From Longimicrobiales bacterium (GTDB taxonomy: Bacteria > Gemmatimonadota > Gemmatimonadetes > Longimicrobiales > Gaopeijiaceae): DNA of 64,000 bases. Where the stretch lies: the NCBI GenBank assembly GCA_965226375.1, contig CBDDCX010000008.1:832001-896000 (forward strand). Direction: 5' to 3'. Of the stretch, positions 51,607-60,536 are shown in pieces (positions within the stretch are counted from its first letter, which is position 1; every line of letters starts with the position of its first letter). Position numbers and translations under genes: made by a program. The notes below the pieces were generated by a model that was given only the letters and a program-made list of their open reading frames with translations, was not told the DNA's origin and searched no databases.

Positions 51607-52269
51607 TTGGACGCGAGTCAATACGATATTCTGTCGCTTTTCGCTGATGGCGGCTTGATGATGTACCCGTTGGTGCTCTGCTCGCTCATCGCGACCGGTG
51701 TGATGATCGCCAAGGCGTGGACCCTCTGGGTCGCCCACAGCAGCACGCAGGCCGTTCTTGCCGAAGTCGATGATGCCGCCCGTGCGGGCCGGATCGATGA
51801 AGCGTTGGAGCTTGCCGCCGCTCGACCAGGGCCGGCAGCTGCCATTCTCGTCGCAGGGCTGCGAAGAATCAAGGCCGACGAGATCGAGCTGAAGGAGCTC
51901 TCGCAAGCCATCAAGACCACCGGGACCATCGAGTTGGGTTTCCTCGAGCGGGGTCTGGTGATACTGGCTACGGTGGCCAACGTGGCTCCGCTCATGGGCT
52001 TCCTGGGTACCGTGGTTGGGATGGTTCTTGCCTTCGCTGCCATCGAGGCCGCCGGTGACGTGGATCCGACCCTTGTGGCGGGCGGCATTAAGGTCGCGCT
52101 GCTGACCACCGCGACGGGCCTCCTGATCGCGATTCCGGTCAACATCGGGTACAACTTCTTCGTCTCCCGCATCGATACGTTGATCATCGATATGGAGCAG
52201 GGTGCGCAGAAGGTTCTCGATCTGGCGTGGGATCTGGCGGGTGGATCCGGTGACTCCGGGTCTACCTAA
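51607..52269 (+). CDS. MotA/TolQ/ExbB proton channel protein
   Basis: AAGGAG RBS + TTG; APLMGFLGTVVGM, GGIKVALLTTATGL. Confidence 0.9.
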   Translation: MDASQYDILSLFADGGLMMYPLVLCSLIATGVMIAKAWTLWVAHSSTQAVLAEVDDAARAGRIDEALELAAARPGPAAAILVAGLRRIKADEIELKELSQAIKTTGTIELGFLERGLVILATVANVAPLMGFLGTVVGMVLAFAAIEAAGDVDPTLVAGGIKVALLTTATGLLIAIPVNIGYNFFVSRIDTLIIDMEQGAQKVLDLAWDLAGGSGDSGST

Positions 52270-52331
52270 GGACTAGAGGAACCTTTCTTACGCACTGTAG
52301 GTAGCTGAGCACATAAAACGGGGGCTGTAGA

Positions 52332-52757
52332 ATGGCCGTTCTCAACAACAAGAAATCGAAGGTCAGCGACAAAGTCCCGTCGTCGTCGATGGCGGACATC
52401 GCGTTCCTGCTTCTGATCTTTTTCTTGGTGACCACCACCTTCCCGAAGGACAAGGGCCTCGCCATTGTCCTTCCCGAGGAGTCGGAAACGGTCGCGATCA
52501 ACCAGAAGAACATCATCCACATCATCATTCAGGCGGACGGGATCGTAGACCTGAAACGTGGTGAGAGTCCGCAGGTCCAACAGGTCCGGCCGGACGACAT
52601 CGAGGGAATCTGGCGTCAGGAAGTTGCGGAGAATGACAACCTGATCGCTGCCGTGAAGACGCATCCCGACGCACCGTACAAGTTTATGATCGATGTCTTG
52701 GATGCTCTCCACTCGGCGGGTGCCGAACGCATCTCCCTTCAGTTGCTGGAGGGCTAG
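52332..52757 (+). CDS. ExbD/TolR biopolymer transport protein (copy 1)
   Basis: SSMADIAFLLLIFFLVTT with conserved TM Asp. Confidence 0.9.
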   Translation: MAVLNNKKSKVSDKVPSSSMADIAFLLLIFFLVTTTFPKDKGLAIVLPEESETVAINQKNIIHIIIQADGIVDLKRGESPQVQQVRPDDIEGIWRQEVAENDNLIAAVKTHPDAPYKFMIDVLDALHSAGAERISLQLLEG

Positions 52758-52762
52758 CGGCC

Positions 52763-53209
52763 ATGGCTCTCAGAGGCGGATTCGAGCGGAAGTCACAGGC
52801 CTCGTCGGACGTGCCCGACTCGTCGATGGCGGACATCGCGTTTTTGCTTCTCATTTTCTTCATGGTCACGACGGTGTTCCAGAGCGACAAAAACCGCCAG
52901 ATCGTCTGGCCGGAGGCCGTGGCTACCGAGAAGATCGACGAGAAGCTCAAGAACATCCTGAACATCTGGGTGGAACGGGACGGTGGTGTCTTCATCAACG
53001 ACCGCCCATACAGCATGGGTGAAATCGCTCCGACCATCGGCCCCCTGTACGCGGCGTCGGACCGCGCGTTGGTAATCTCCATCCGCGGAGATCGGGAGGT
53101 CACTTACAGCACCATCGACCAGCTTACGAAGCAGTTGGTCGCCGCGGGGGTTGTCCGCGTAGTGTTCGCCACGGAACTCGAGCAACGCATGACGAGGGAA
53201 AGACGATGA
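52763..53209 (+). CDS. ExbD/TolR biopolymer transport protein (copy 2)
   Basis: SSMADIAFLLLIFFMVTT; IRGD..V.Y periplasmic motif. Confidence 0.9.
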   Translation: MALRGGFERKSQASSDVPDSSMADIAFLLLIFFMVTTVFQSDKNRQIVWPEAVATEKIDEKLKNILNIWVERDGGVFINDRPYSMGEIAPTIGPLYAASDRALVISIRGDREVTYSTIDQLTKQLVAAGVVRVVFATELEQRMTRERR

Positions 53210-53892
53210 ACGCTCAAGCTGTACCATCCGAGGGTGGGATTGGCAGTCTCGAGACCGAGAACGACCGATTCAAGCGATCGTTCAGCTCGTGGTTCTGGGG
53301 ATCCATGATCGCCGCTACGGTGTTCCACTTCATGATCTTCCAGTTCTGGCCCACGCTGACGGCTGAGGACACGTCGTTCACGAGTGAGGAACTGGAGACC
53401 ATCGAGCTTCCCCCCGAGATCGAGATTCCGCCGCCGCCCGAGCGGATCTCACGCCCGGCGACGCCCGTGATCGCGACCGCTGCCGTCGACGAGGACATCA
53501 CCATTGCCCCGACGACGTTTGAGGAAAACCCGGTTGAGGATTTGCCGCCGCCGCCTGCCCAGGAGACCACCGACATTGCGGCCGCTCCGGTCTTTACGCC
53601 TATGACGGTGCGACCTGAGATCAAGAATCGCCGTGAGGTAGTGCAAGCCATGATGAGGGCCTATCCGCCCATCCTCAAGGATGCCGGCATCGGTGGCCAG
53701 GCGTTGGTCTGGTTCTTTATCTCCGAAGAGGGTCGAGTCCTCGACAAGAGGATTTCCCGCAGCTCTGGTCATGAGCAGCTGGACGAGGCGGCGCTCGATG
53801 TCGCGAGTGTCTACGAGTTCACACCGGCGCTGAACCGTGACAAGGTAGTCAAGGTCTGGGTTCAGATTCCGATTACCTTCGAGGTCCGTTAG
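53206..53892 (+). CDS. Energy transducer TonB
   Basis: TM with His, Pro-rich linker, YPP..K.AGIGG, SSG...LDEAA, FTPA TonB_C. Confidence 0.9.
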   Translation: MNAQAVPSEGGIGSLETENDRFKRSFSSWFWGSMIAATVFHFMIFQFWPTLTAEDTSFTSEELETIELPPEIEIPPPPERISRPATPVIATAAVDEDITIAPTTFEENPVEDLPPPPAQETTDIAAAPVFTPMTVRPEIKNRREVVQAMMRAYPPILKDAGIGGQALVWFFISEEGRVLDKRISRSSGHEQLDEAALDVASVYEFTPALNRDKVVKVWVQIPITFEVR

Positions 53893-53918
53893 CACCCGGC
53901 TCGAGGGTCTGAAATCGC

Positions 53919-53953
53919 GACCCCGCCGGCGTGGCCGGCGGGGTCCTTTTTTT
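53919..53953 (+). terminator. Rho-independent terminator after tonB
   Basis: Perfect 12-bp stem GACCCCGCCGGC/GCCGGCGGGGTC followed by a T7 tract. Confidence 0.88.
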
Positions 53954-53983
53954 CCAGTACGTCTCCCAAAGTGATACGATAGA

Positions 53984-54691
53984 ATGATCACGCCTGTGTA
54001 CGAGGCACGGCTCGAGCGTTCCCTCGGGGAGATCCAACAGCGGATCGCCCGGGCGGCCGAACGGAGTGGGCGGGCTTCCGACGACGTGACTTTGGTAGCG
54101 GTGACCAAGGCGCATACCTTGCAGGCCGTTCACGCTGCGGTCGCGCATGGCCTCTTTGATCTGGGAGAGAACCGGGTCGAGGATCTTACTGAGAAGGCCA
54201 CTGCGGTCGGGGACGAACGGGTGCGCTGGCATATGATCGGCCACGTGCAACGTCGCAAGGCACCGCACCTCGTGGGCGTGGCCGGGCTGGTCCATTCGAT
54301 CGACTCGCTGCGATTGGCTCAACGCCTCTCGAACGCGGCGGAAGTGGCCGACGAGACTCAGCCTGTGCTGATTCAGGTGAACACCTCCGGCGAGGAGACC
54401 AAGGGCGGTCTCCCGGGTCGGGAGATGGGAGACGATCTTCGAGGTATCCTGGCTTTACCGGGACTGGAGATCAGGGGCCTCATGACCATGGCTCCGTTTA
54501 CCGATGACGAGGCGGTGGTGCGAGGCACGTTTCGAGCTTTGCGCGAGCTCAATGACGAGCTCCGGGATATGGATGGATACGTTGGAGAAGAGCTCTCGAT
54601 GGGAATGACCAACGACTTCGAGATTGCGATTGAGGAAGGCAGCACGATGATACGCTTAGGGACCGCTCTGTTTGGGAGGCGCACGGCATGA
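53984..54691 (+). CDS. yggS: PLP homeostasis protein YggS
   Basis: VAVTK, GENRV, WHMIGHVQ, LSMGMTNDF, GSTMIRLGTALFG. Confidence 0.94.
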   Translation: MITPVYEARLERSLGEIQQRIARAAERSGRASDDVTLVAVTKAHTLQAVHAAVAHGLFDLGENRVEDLTEKATAVGDERVRWHMIGHVQRRKAPHLVGVAGLVHSIDSLRLAQRLSNAAEVADETQPVLIQVNTSGEETKGGLPGREMGDDLRGILALPGLEIRGLMTMAPFTDDEAVVRGTFRALRELNDELRDMDGYVGEELSMGMTNDFEIAIEEGSTMIRLGTALFGRRTA

Positions 54692-55509
54692 TCGAGCTCA
54701 CACCGCTGGACGTACGGAAGAAGCGAGGCGGCTTCGCCAAGGCTCTCCGTGGCTACGAAGCCCAGGAGGTGGACCTATTCCTCGAGGTCGTGGCTGAGCG
54801 GATGGAGGTGCTGGTCAAGGAGAACCTCCAGCTGAAGGAGCGTTCTGAAAGGCTCGGGGAGCAGGTGAAGGGGCAGGAAGGACGTGAACACGCCGTGCAG
54901 GAGGCACTGGTAACGGCTCAAGAACTCCGCGAGGAGGTGAAGGTCCAGGCCAAGCGTGAGGCAGAACTCCTGGAGAGGGAGGCACGTGGCCGCATTGAGC
55001 GGATGCTGCACGAAGCCGACAAACTCCTTGGTGAACGCCAGTCCGCGCTCGAGGAGCTGGAGAGACACCGTACCCGCTTCCTCAAGGCTTTTCGAACCCT
55101 TCTGGAGAGAGAGCTGGACGCGGTCGAGGTGGAGTCCAGCCGAACTCCCCTCGAAGATGTCACGCTCGATCTCGAGTTGGGGCGGGGCAGTTGGACGGCT
55201 CAGGAGGTCGTCGAGGACGGCGAGGCGGAGGTGCCGATCGACGAGGGCGAAGCGTCGGACGGGGTGGTCTCCGACAGTGACCCCGGTGCCGAAGCGGTAG
55301 ACCCCCGCGCGGCTCAAGAGGCGGATGAGGATGCTTCAGAGCCGGAGGCACCCGATCTCCAGGCAGAATCGCCTACCGAGGAGTCCGGGACGATAGCCGA
55401 GGCCGATGTGGTCGAGGACGCCGGTATCGATGCCGACAAGGCTGCTGACGCTGAGAGCTCGCTATGGCTTTCCTCGATCTTGAAGCGAGACCAACAGGAG
55501 TCCGATTGA
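54688..55509 (+). CDS. DivIVA domain protein
   Basis: LTPLDV..K...F...LRGY...EVDLFL, coiled coil, acidic tail. Confidence 0.88.
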   Translation: MIELTPLDVRKKRGGFAKALRGYEAQEVDLFLEVVAERMEVLVKENLQLKERSERLGEQVKGQEGREHAVQEALVTAQELREEVKVQAKREAELLEREARGRIERMLHEADKLLGERQSALEELERHRTRFLKAFRTLLERELDAVEVESSRTPLEDVTLDLELGRGSWTAQEVVEDGEAEVPIDEGEASDGVVSDSDPGAEAVDPRAAQEADEDASEPEAPDLQAESPTEESGTIAEADVVEDAGIDADKAADAESSLWLSSILKRDQQESD

Positions 55510-55511
55510 GG

Positions 55512-56327
55512 ATGGAGTGGGACCGCATCCGGGATAGCACGCGGGCGATCCGAGATCAGGTTTCGGCCGAGCCCCGTATCGGGATCGTCCTGGGTACCGG
55601 CCTTGGCGCCCTGGCCAACGAGATCGAGATCGACACGTCGATCTCTTATGAGGACATCCCGCACTTCCCGGGTCCCACGGTCGAGAGCCACTCCGGTCGC
55701 TTGCTGTTCGGAAGGCTGGAGGGAGTGCCGATCGTGGCCATGCAGGGGCGCTTCCACCTTTATGAGGGCTACAACGTTCGGGATGTCACCCTGCCCATAC
55801 GAGTCATGGGTAATCTTGGAGTCGAGACGCTCGTCGTTTCCGGCGCAGTGGGGGGAATGCACCCACTGTGGGCCCCCGGCGACTTGGTCGTCCTTGATGA
55901 TCACATCAATCTGCTGGGTGACAACCCGCTGGTCGGAGAGAACATCGACGCTCTTGGGCCGCGCTTTCCTGACATGTCCGAGCCGTATGACCGAGCGCTG
56001 CAGGAAGTCGTGACGAAGACGGCTTTGGAGCTGTCCATCCCTCTCCGCCGGGGCGTATACGCGGCGGTCGTCGGACCCAACCTGGAGACTCGGGCGGAGT
56101 ATCGAATGCTCCGGGGGATGGGGGCCGATGTCGTTGGAATGTCCACGGTGCCGGAGGTGATCGTTGCTCGGCATATGGGTATGAAGGTCCTGGGTCTCTG
56201 CATCATCACGGATCAATGCCTTCCCGACGCGCTGGAAGAGGCAGACGTTGAGAGCATCATCGCCACGGCGATGGAGGCGGAGCCCAGACTCACCAAGCTC
56301 ATCCGGGCCGTGATCGCGCGGATCTGA
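55512..56327 (+). CDS. Purine-nucleoside phosphorylase (trimeric PNP family)
   Basis: GIVLGTGLG, QGRFHLYEG, GPNLETRAE, GMSTVPE. Confidence 0.93.
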   Translation: MEWDRIRDSTRAIRDQVSAEPRIGIVLGTGLGALANEIEIDTSISYEDIPHFPGPTVESHSGRLLFGRLEGVPIVAMQGRFHLYEGYNVRDVTLPIRVMGNLGVETLVVSGAVGGMHPLWAPGDLVVLDDHINLLGDNPLVGENIDALGPRFPDMSEPYDRALQEVVTKTALELSIPLRRGVYAAVVGPNLETRAEYRMLRGMGADVVGMSTVPEVIVARHMGMKVLGLCIITDQCLPDALEEADVESIIATAMEAEPRLTKLIRAVIARI

Positions 56328-56353
56328 ATACATCGAAGGTAGGGCAACAATCC

Positions 56354-59300
56354 ATGCGATATCCCGATATACCCGACACGCTTCTCGCGCTTGAAGAGGA
56401 GACGATCGCCCGTTGGCGGGCCGACGACCTCTTCCGCCAGACGCTAGAGGCCACCGAGGACGGAGAGCCCTTCGTCTTCTATGAGGGCCCGCCGACGGCG
56501 AACGGCAAGCCCGGCCTCCATCACATCATCAGTCGCACCATCAAGGACCTCGTGTGTCGGCTGCGGACCATGGAAGGCAGGAGCGTTACACGAATCGCCG
56601 GTTGGGATACCCACGGCCTGCCGGTGGAGATCGAAGCTGAAAAACGGCTGGGCATCAGCGGCAAACCCGAGATCGAAGCGCTTGGGATCGCGGAGTTCAA
56701 TGAGGCCTGCCGGAGCTCCGTGTTCACATACAAAGAGGACTGGGAGAACCTGTCCGAGCGCATCGGATACTGGCTCGACTACTCGCGTCCATACGTCACC
56801 TTCCATCCGGGATATGTGGAGAGCGTTTGGTGGATCTTCAAACAGCTGGCCGATCGTGGATTGCTCTACAAGGGATATAAGAGCGTTCCGTATTGTCCCC
56901 GTTGCGGGACCGCGCTCAGCTCCCACGAGGTAGCCCAGGGTTACAAGGACATCGAGGACTCGTCGCTACACTTCCTCTGCCAGTGGCTCACGGCGGACGG
57001 TGCGCCCGACCCAGAGGGGCGAGCCTTCGTGGTGTGGACCACCACCCCATGGACCGTTCCTTCGAACACCGGACTCGCTGTTCACCCGGATCTGACGTAT
57101 GTGCAGGTAGAGGTGGATGGAAAGGCTCTGGTCCTGGCGGAGGATCGACTCGAGGCGGTGATGGGCAAGGGGGTCGACGTGGTCCGTCGCTACGGGGGGA
57201 CCGAGCTGGCCGGACTCCGGTACGCGCGTCCACTCGAGGTGGTGGCTATGCCCGCAGACCGGCAGAACGGCTGGACCGTGGTCAACGAGGACTTCGTCAG
57301 CTCCGAGGACGGGACCGGCATCGTGCACATGGCACCGGCCTTCGGCTCGGACGACTACGCGGCAGGGCAGCGCCACGGTCTTCCCATGCTCAGGCCCATC
57401 GACGACGCCGGGTGTTTTCTTCCTGACGTGGAGTTGGTCGGAGGCGTGTTCGTGAAGGACGCCGATCCGAGATTGGTAGAGGCCCTCGACGCGGCCGGCA
57501 ACATGTTCCGGTTCGGCACCGAGGTACACTCCTACCCGCATTGCTGGAGGTGCGAGTCCCCGCTCCTGTATCTGGCCAGGGATTCATGGTTTGCCGCGAC
57601 GTCTACGCTCAAGGAAGAGATGCTCGCGAATAACGCCGCCGCCAACTGGTTTCCACCGGACGTGGGCGAGGGGCGGATGGGAGAGTGGCTCAAGGGTAAC
57701 GTGGACTGGGCTCTGTCGCGGGATCGGTACTGGGGTACGCCACTACCCGTTTGGGTGTGTGACGCCGAGGACGATCACCTGGAGTGGATCGGCAGCTTCG
57801 CGGAGCTGGCGGGGCGTGCCGGGCCCTTGGGCGAGGACTTTGATCCCCACCGCCCGTACATCGACGAGCACACCTGGAGATGTAGTCAGTGTGCCGGCAC
57901 CATGCGCAGGGCGCCCGAGGTAGTCGACGCTTGGTTCGATTCGGGGTCTATGCCCTTTGCCCAGTGGCATTACCCGTTTGAGCACGAAGATGATTTCGAG
58001 CGGCACTTTCCGGCGGACTTCATCTGTGAAGGACTAGACCAGACCCGGGGCTGGTTCTATTCCCTTATCGCCATCTCGACCATGCTGGGGAAAGGGCCTC
58101 CCTTCAGGAACGTGGTCGTCAACAATCTGATCCTGGATGCCGAGGGTCAGAAGATGTCGAAGTCCAAGGGGAACACCGTCGATCCGTGGGACGCCATCGC
58201 TGATCACGGGGCCGACGGGATTCGCTGGTACTACATCACGTCGAGCAATCCGTGGGTTCCGAAACGGTACGATCCGGCCGCGGTCCGGGAGAGCTCGCGC
58301 AAGTTCCTGGACACGCTGGTCAACACCTACCGCTTCTTTACGCTGTACGCCAATGCCGAGGAATGGGCGCCATCGGACGCCGATCCTGCGCCGGCCGACC
58401 GTAGCTTACTCGATCGGTGGCTTCTGTCTCGCCTGACGTCTGTGGTAGCCGAGGTCCGTGAAGAATTGGACTCCTATCAGCTTACGAGGGCATATCGGAT
58501 CCTGGGAGAGTTTGTCAGTGAGGAGCTGTCGAACTGGTACGTGCGACGGTCGCGCCCGCGATTCTGGGGAAACGCGGTCGATTCTGACGCACGGGCCGCC
58601 TTCCGGACGCTGTGGGAGGCTCTCCGCACCGTGTGCCTCGTGGCGGCCCCGGTGACGCCGTTCGTGACGGACTGGATCCATCACGGCCTCACGGGAGAGA
58701 GCGTGCATCTTCAGTCCTTCCCCCAGGCCGACTCCGACCGCGTCGACCAGGCCCTCGAAGACGAGATGGCGGCGGTCCGGGCCTTGGTCTCCCTTGGGCG
58801 GGCGGCGCGGGAAGAGGTCAAGATCCGTGTGCGGCAGCCGCTCCAAAGACTGTTCGCTGTGGTTCCGGGCGACGTGGACATCCGTCTCGAGATCCTGAGT
58901 TTGCTCAGGGACGAGCTCAATGTGAAGGAGGTGGACTTCCTGACCTCGGCTGTCGGGCTGGTCACTCTGGTCGCCAAGCCCAACTTCAAGACTCTCGGCC
59001 CTCGTTTCCAGAAGGACTCCGAGCTTGCGGCTGCGGCGATCCGGAGCCTTTCGCCCGACGTCCTAGGAATGTACCGGAGCGGAGAGCCGGTCTCGATCGA
59101 GGTGGCGGGACGAACCACACACTTGGAGGCCGACGACCTGGAGGTTGTCGAGGAGTCGAAGGGCGAGCTGGTTGTGCGCTCAGAGGGCGGCTACACCGCG
59201 GCACTGGACCCTATACTCGACGACGAACTCCGCGCCGAGGGACGCGCCAGAGAGTTGGTCAACCGTATCCAGCGTCTTCGTAAGGAGGGTGGCCTCGAGA

Positions 59301-59551
59301 TCACCGACAGGATTCGACTTGCCGTCTTCGGGCCGGACGAGATTCAGTCCGCGGCCGATCACTACCGCGACTTCATTTCCGGAGAGACCCTGTCCGTGCA
59401 GTTGGACATCGGCAGTGCCGACGGTGACGCAGAGGGCTACGAAGCGACCTCGAACATCCGGATCGACGATCTCACCGCAGTAATCGCCTTGAACAGAGTG
59501 GTGGAGTCCGACTCTGCAGCAGAAGCCGGCGTGGCCGAGACCGGGGACTGA
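56354..59551 (+). CDS. ileS: Isoleucine--tRNA ligase, type 2
   Basis: EGPPTANGKPGLHH, GWDTHGLPVE, WTTTPWT, KMSKSKGN; IleRS2-type C-terminus (ARELVNRIQRLRKE) without Zn finger. Confidence 0.96.
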   Translation: MRYPDIPDTLLALEEETIARWRADDLFRQTLEATEDGEPFVFYEGPPTANGKPGLHHIISRTIKDLVCRLRTMEGRSVTRIAGWDTHGLPVEIEAEKRLGISGKPEIEALGIAEFNEACRSSVFTYKEDWENLSERIGYWLDYSRPYVTFHPGYVESVWWIFKQLADRGLLYKGYKSVPYCPRCGTALSSHEVAQGYKDIEDSSLHFLCQWLTADGAPDPEGRAFVVWTTTPWTVPSNTGLAVHPDLTYVQVEVDGKALVLAEDRLEAVMGKGVDVVRRYGGTELAGLRYARPLEVVAMPADRQNGWTVVNEDFVSSEDGTGIVHMAPAFGSDDYAAGQRHGLPMLRPIDDAGCFLPDVELVGGVFVKDADPRLVEALDAAGNMFRFGTEVHSYPHCWRCESPLLYLARDSWFAATSTLKEEMLANNAAANWFPPDVGEGRMGEWLKGNVDWALSRDRYWGTPLPVWVCDAEDDHLEWIGSFAELAGRAGPLGEDFDPHRPYIDEHTWRCSQCAGTMRRAPEVVDAWFDSGSMPFAQWHYPFEHEDDFERHFPADFICEGLDQTRGWFYSLIAISTMLGKGPPFRNVVVNNLILDAEGQKMSKSKGNTVDPWDAIADHGADGIRWYYITSSNPWVPKRYDPAAVRESSRKFLDTLVNTYRFFTLYANAEEWAPSDADPAPADRSLLDRWLLSRLTSVVAEVREELDSYQLTRAYRILGEFVSEELSNWYVRRSRPRFWGNAVDSDARAAFRTLWEALRTVCLVAAPVTPFVTDWIHHGLTGESVHLQSFPQADSDRVDQALEDEMAAVRALVSLGRAAREEVKIRVRQPLQRLFAVVPGDVDIRLEILSLLRDELNVKEVDFLTSAVGLVTLVAKPNFKTLGPRFQKDSELAAAAIRSLSPDVLGMYRSGEPVSIEVAGRTTHLEADDLEVVEESKGELVVRSEGGYTAALDPILDDELRAEGRARELVNRIQRLRKEGGLEITDRIRLAVFGPDEIQSAADHYRDFISGETLSVQLDIGSADGDAEGYEATSNIRIDDLTAVIALNRVVESDSAAEAGVAETGD

Positions 59552-60517
59552 ATGACCGCCGAGGAGCACGTCGAGATCTTGACCGTCGAGCGGGACGGCG
59601 ACCGACTGGACGCCTACGTGGCAGCCCATCTGGATCTTTCGCGGACCCGGGTACAGGCTTTGGTGGAGGACGGGCTGGTTCTGCTGAACGGCCAACCAGC
59701 GCGGAAGTCAGAGCGGCTCGACGTCGGTCAGCAGATTGAGGTTCGCGTCCCGGCGCCGGAACCGTTGACCCTCGAACCTGAGGACATACCCCTCGACGTT
59801 TTCTTCGAGGACGGCTCGGTGCTGGTTGTGAACAAGGCGGCCGGAATGGTTGTTCATCCCGGTCGGGGGCACTCCACCGGTACGTTGGTCAACGCCTTGT
59901 TGGCGCATGCCACCGACCTCTCCGGCATCGGTGGAAAGCTCCGGCCGGGCATCGTACATCGGCTGGATAAGGATACGTCGGGACTCTTGGTGGTGGCCAA
60001 GACCGACGCCGCACATCATGCCCTTTCCGAAGCGCTCCAACGACGTGAGATTAAGCGTTTATACCAAGCGGCGTCCTGGGGCCACCTCTCCGAGTCGCCG
60101 CTCGAGGTGGAGGCGCCGGTGGGCCGAGATCCGGCCAACCGGCGGCGCATGGCCGTGGTGCAAGGCGGGAGGCGAGCGGTCACTCACTTTCGCGTGGCCG
60201 AGCACTGGCCCGGAGCGGAACTCTTGGAGGTCGCACTCGAGACCGGAAGGACCCATCAGATCAGGGTTCACCTTTCCCATATCGGGCATCCGGTGGTTGG
60301 GGACGCCGTGTACGGGGTGGGCTGGGAGAGAGGGATGAGTGGAAAAGCACATCGTTGGGCCCAGTTGCTCAACAAGCGGGTACCAAGGCAGTTCCTTCAC
60401 GCGTGGCGGCTCTCCTTCCGACATCCTGTCAGTGAGGAGACTCTCCGCTTCGAGGCACCGCTGCCAGAAGACTTGAGTTCGTGTGCCGAGTGGGCACGAT
60501 CGGAAGAGGGACTATGA
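59552..60517 (+). CDS. rluD: RluA-family pseudouridine synthase (RluD-like)
   Basis: S4 domain, HRLDKDTSG, TGRTHQIRVH, QFLHA. Confidence 0.88.
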   Translation: MTAEEHVEILTVERDGDRLDAYVAAHLDLSRTRVQALVEDGLVLLNGQPARKSERLDVGQQIEVRVPAPEPLTLEPEDIPLDVFFEDGSVLVVNKAAGMVVHPGRGHSTGTLVNALLAHATDLSGIGGKLRPGIVHRLDKDTSGLLVVAKTDAAHHALSEALQRREIKRLYQAASWGHLSESPLEVEAPVGRDPANRRRMAVVQGGRRAVTHFRVAEHWPGAELLEVALETGRTHQIRVHLSHIGHPVVGDAVYGVGWERGMSGKAHRWAQLLNKRVPRQFLHAWRLSFRHPVSEETLRFEAPLPEDLSSCAEWARSEEGL

Positions 60518-60536
60518 TCAAGGCAGGTAAAAACCG

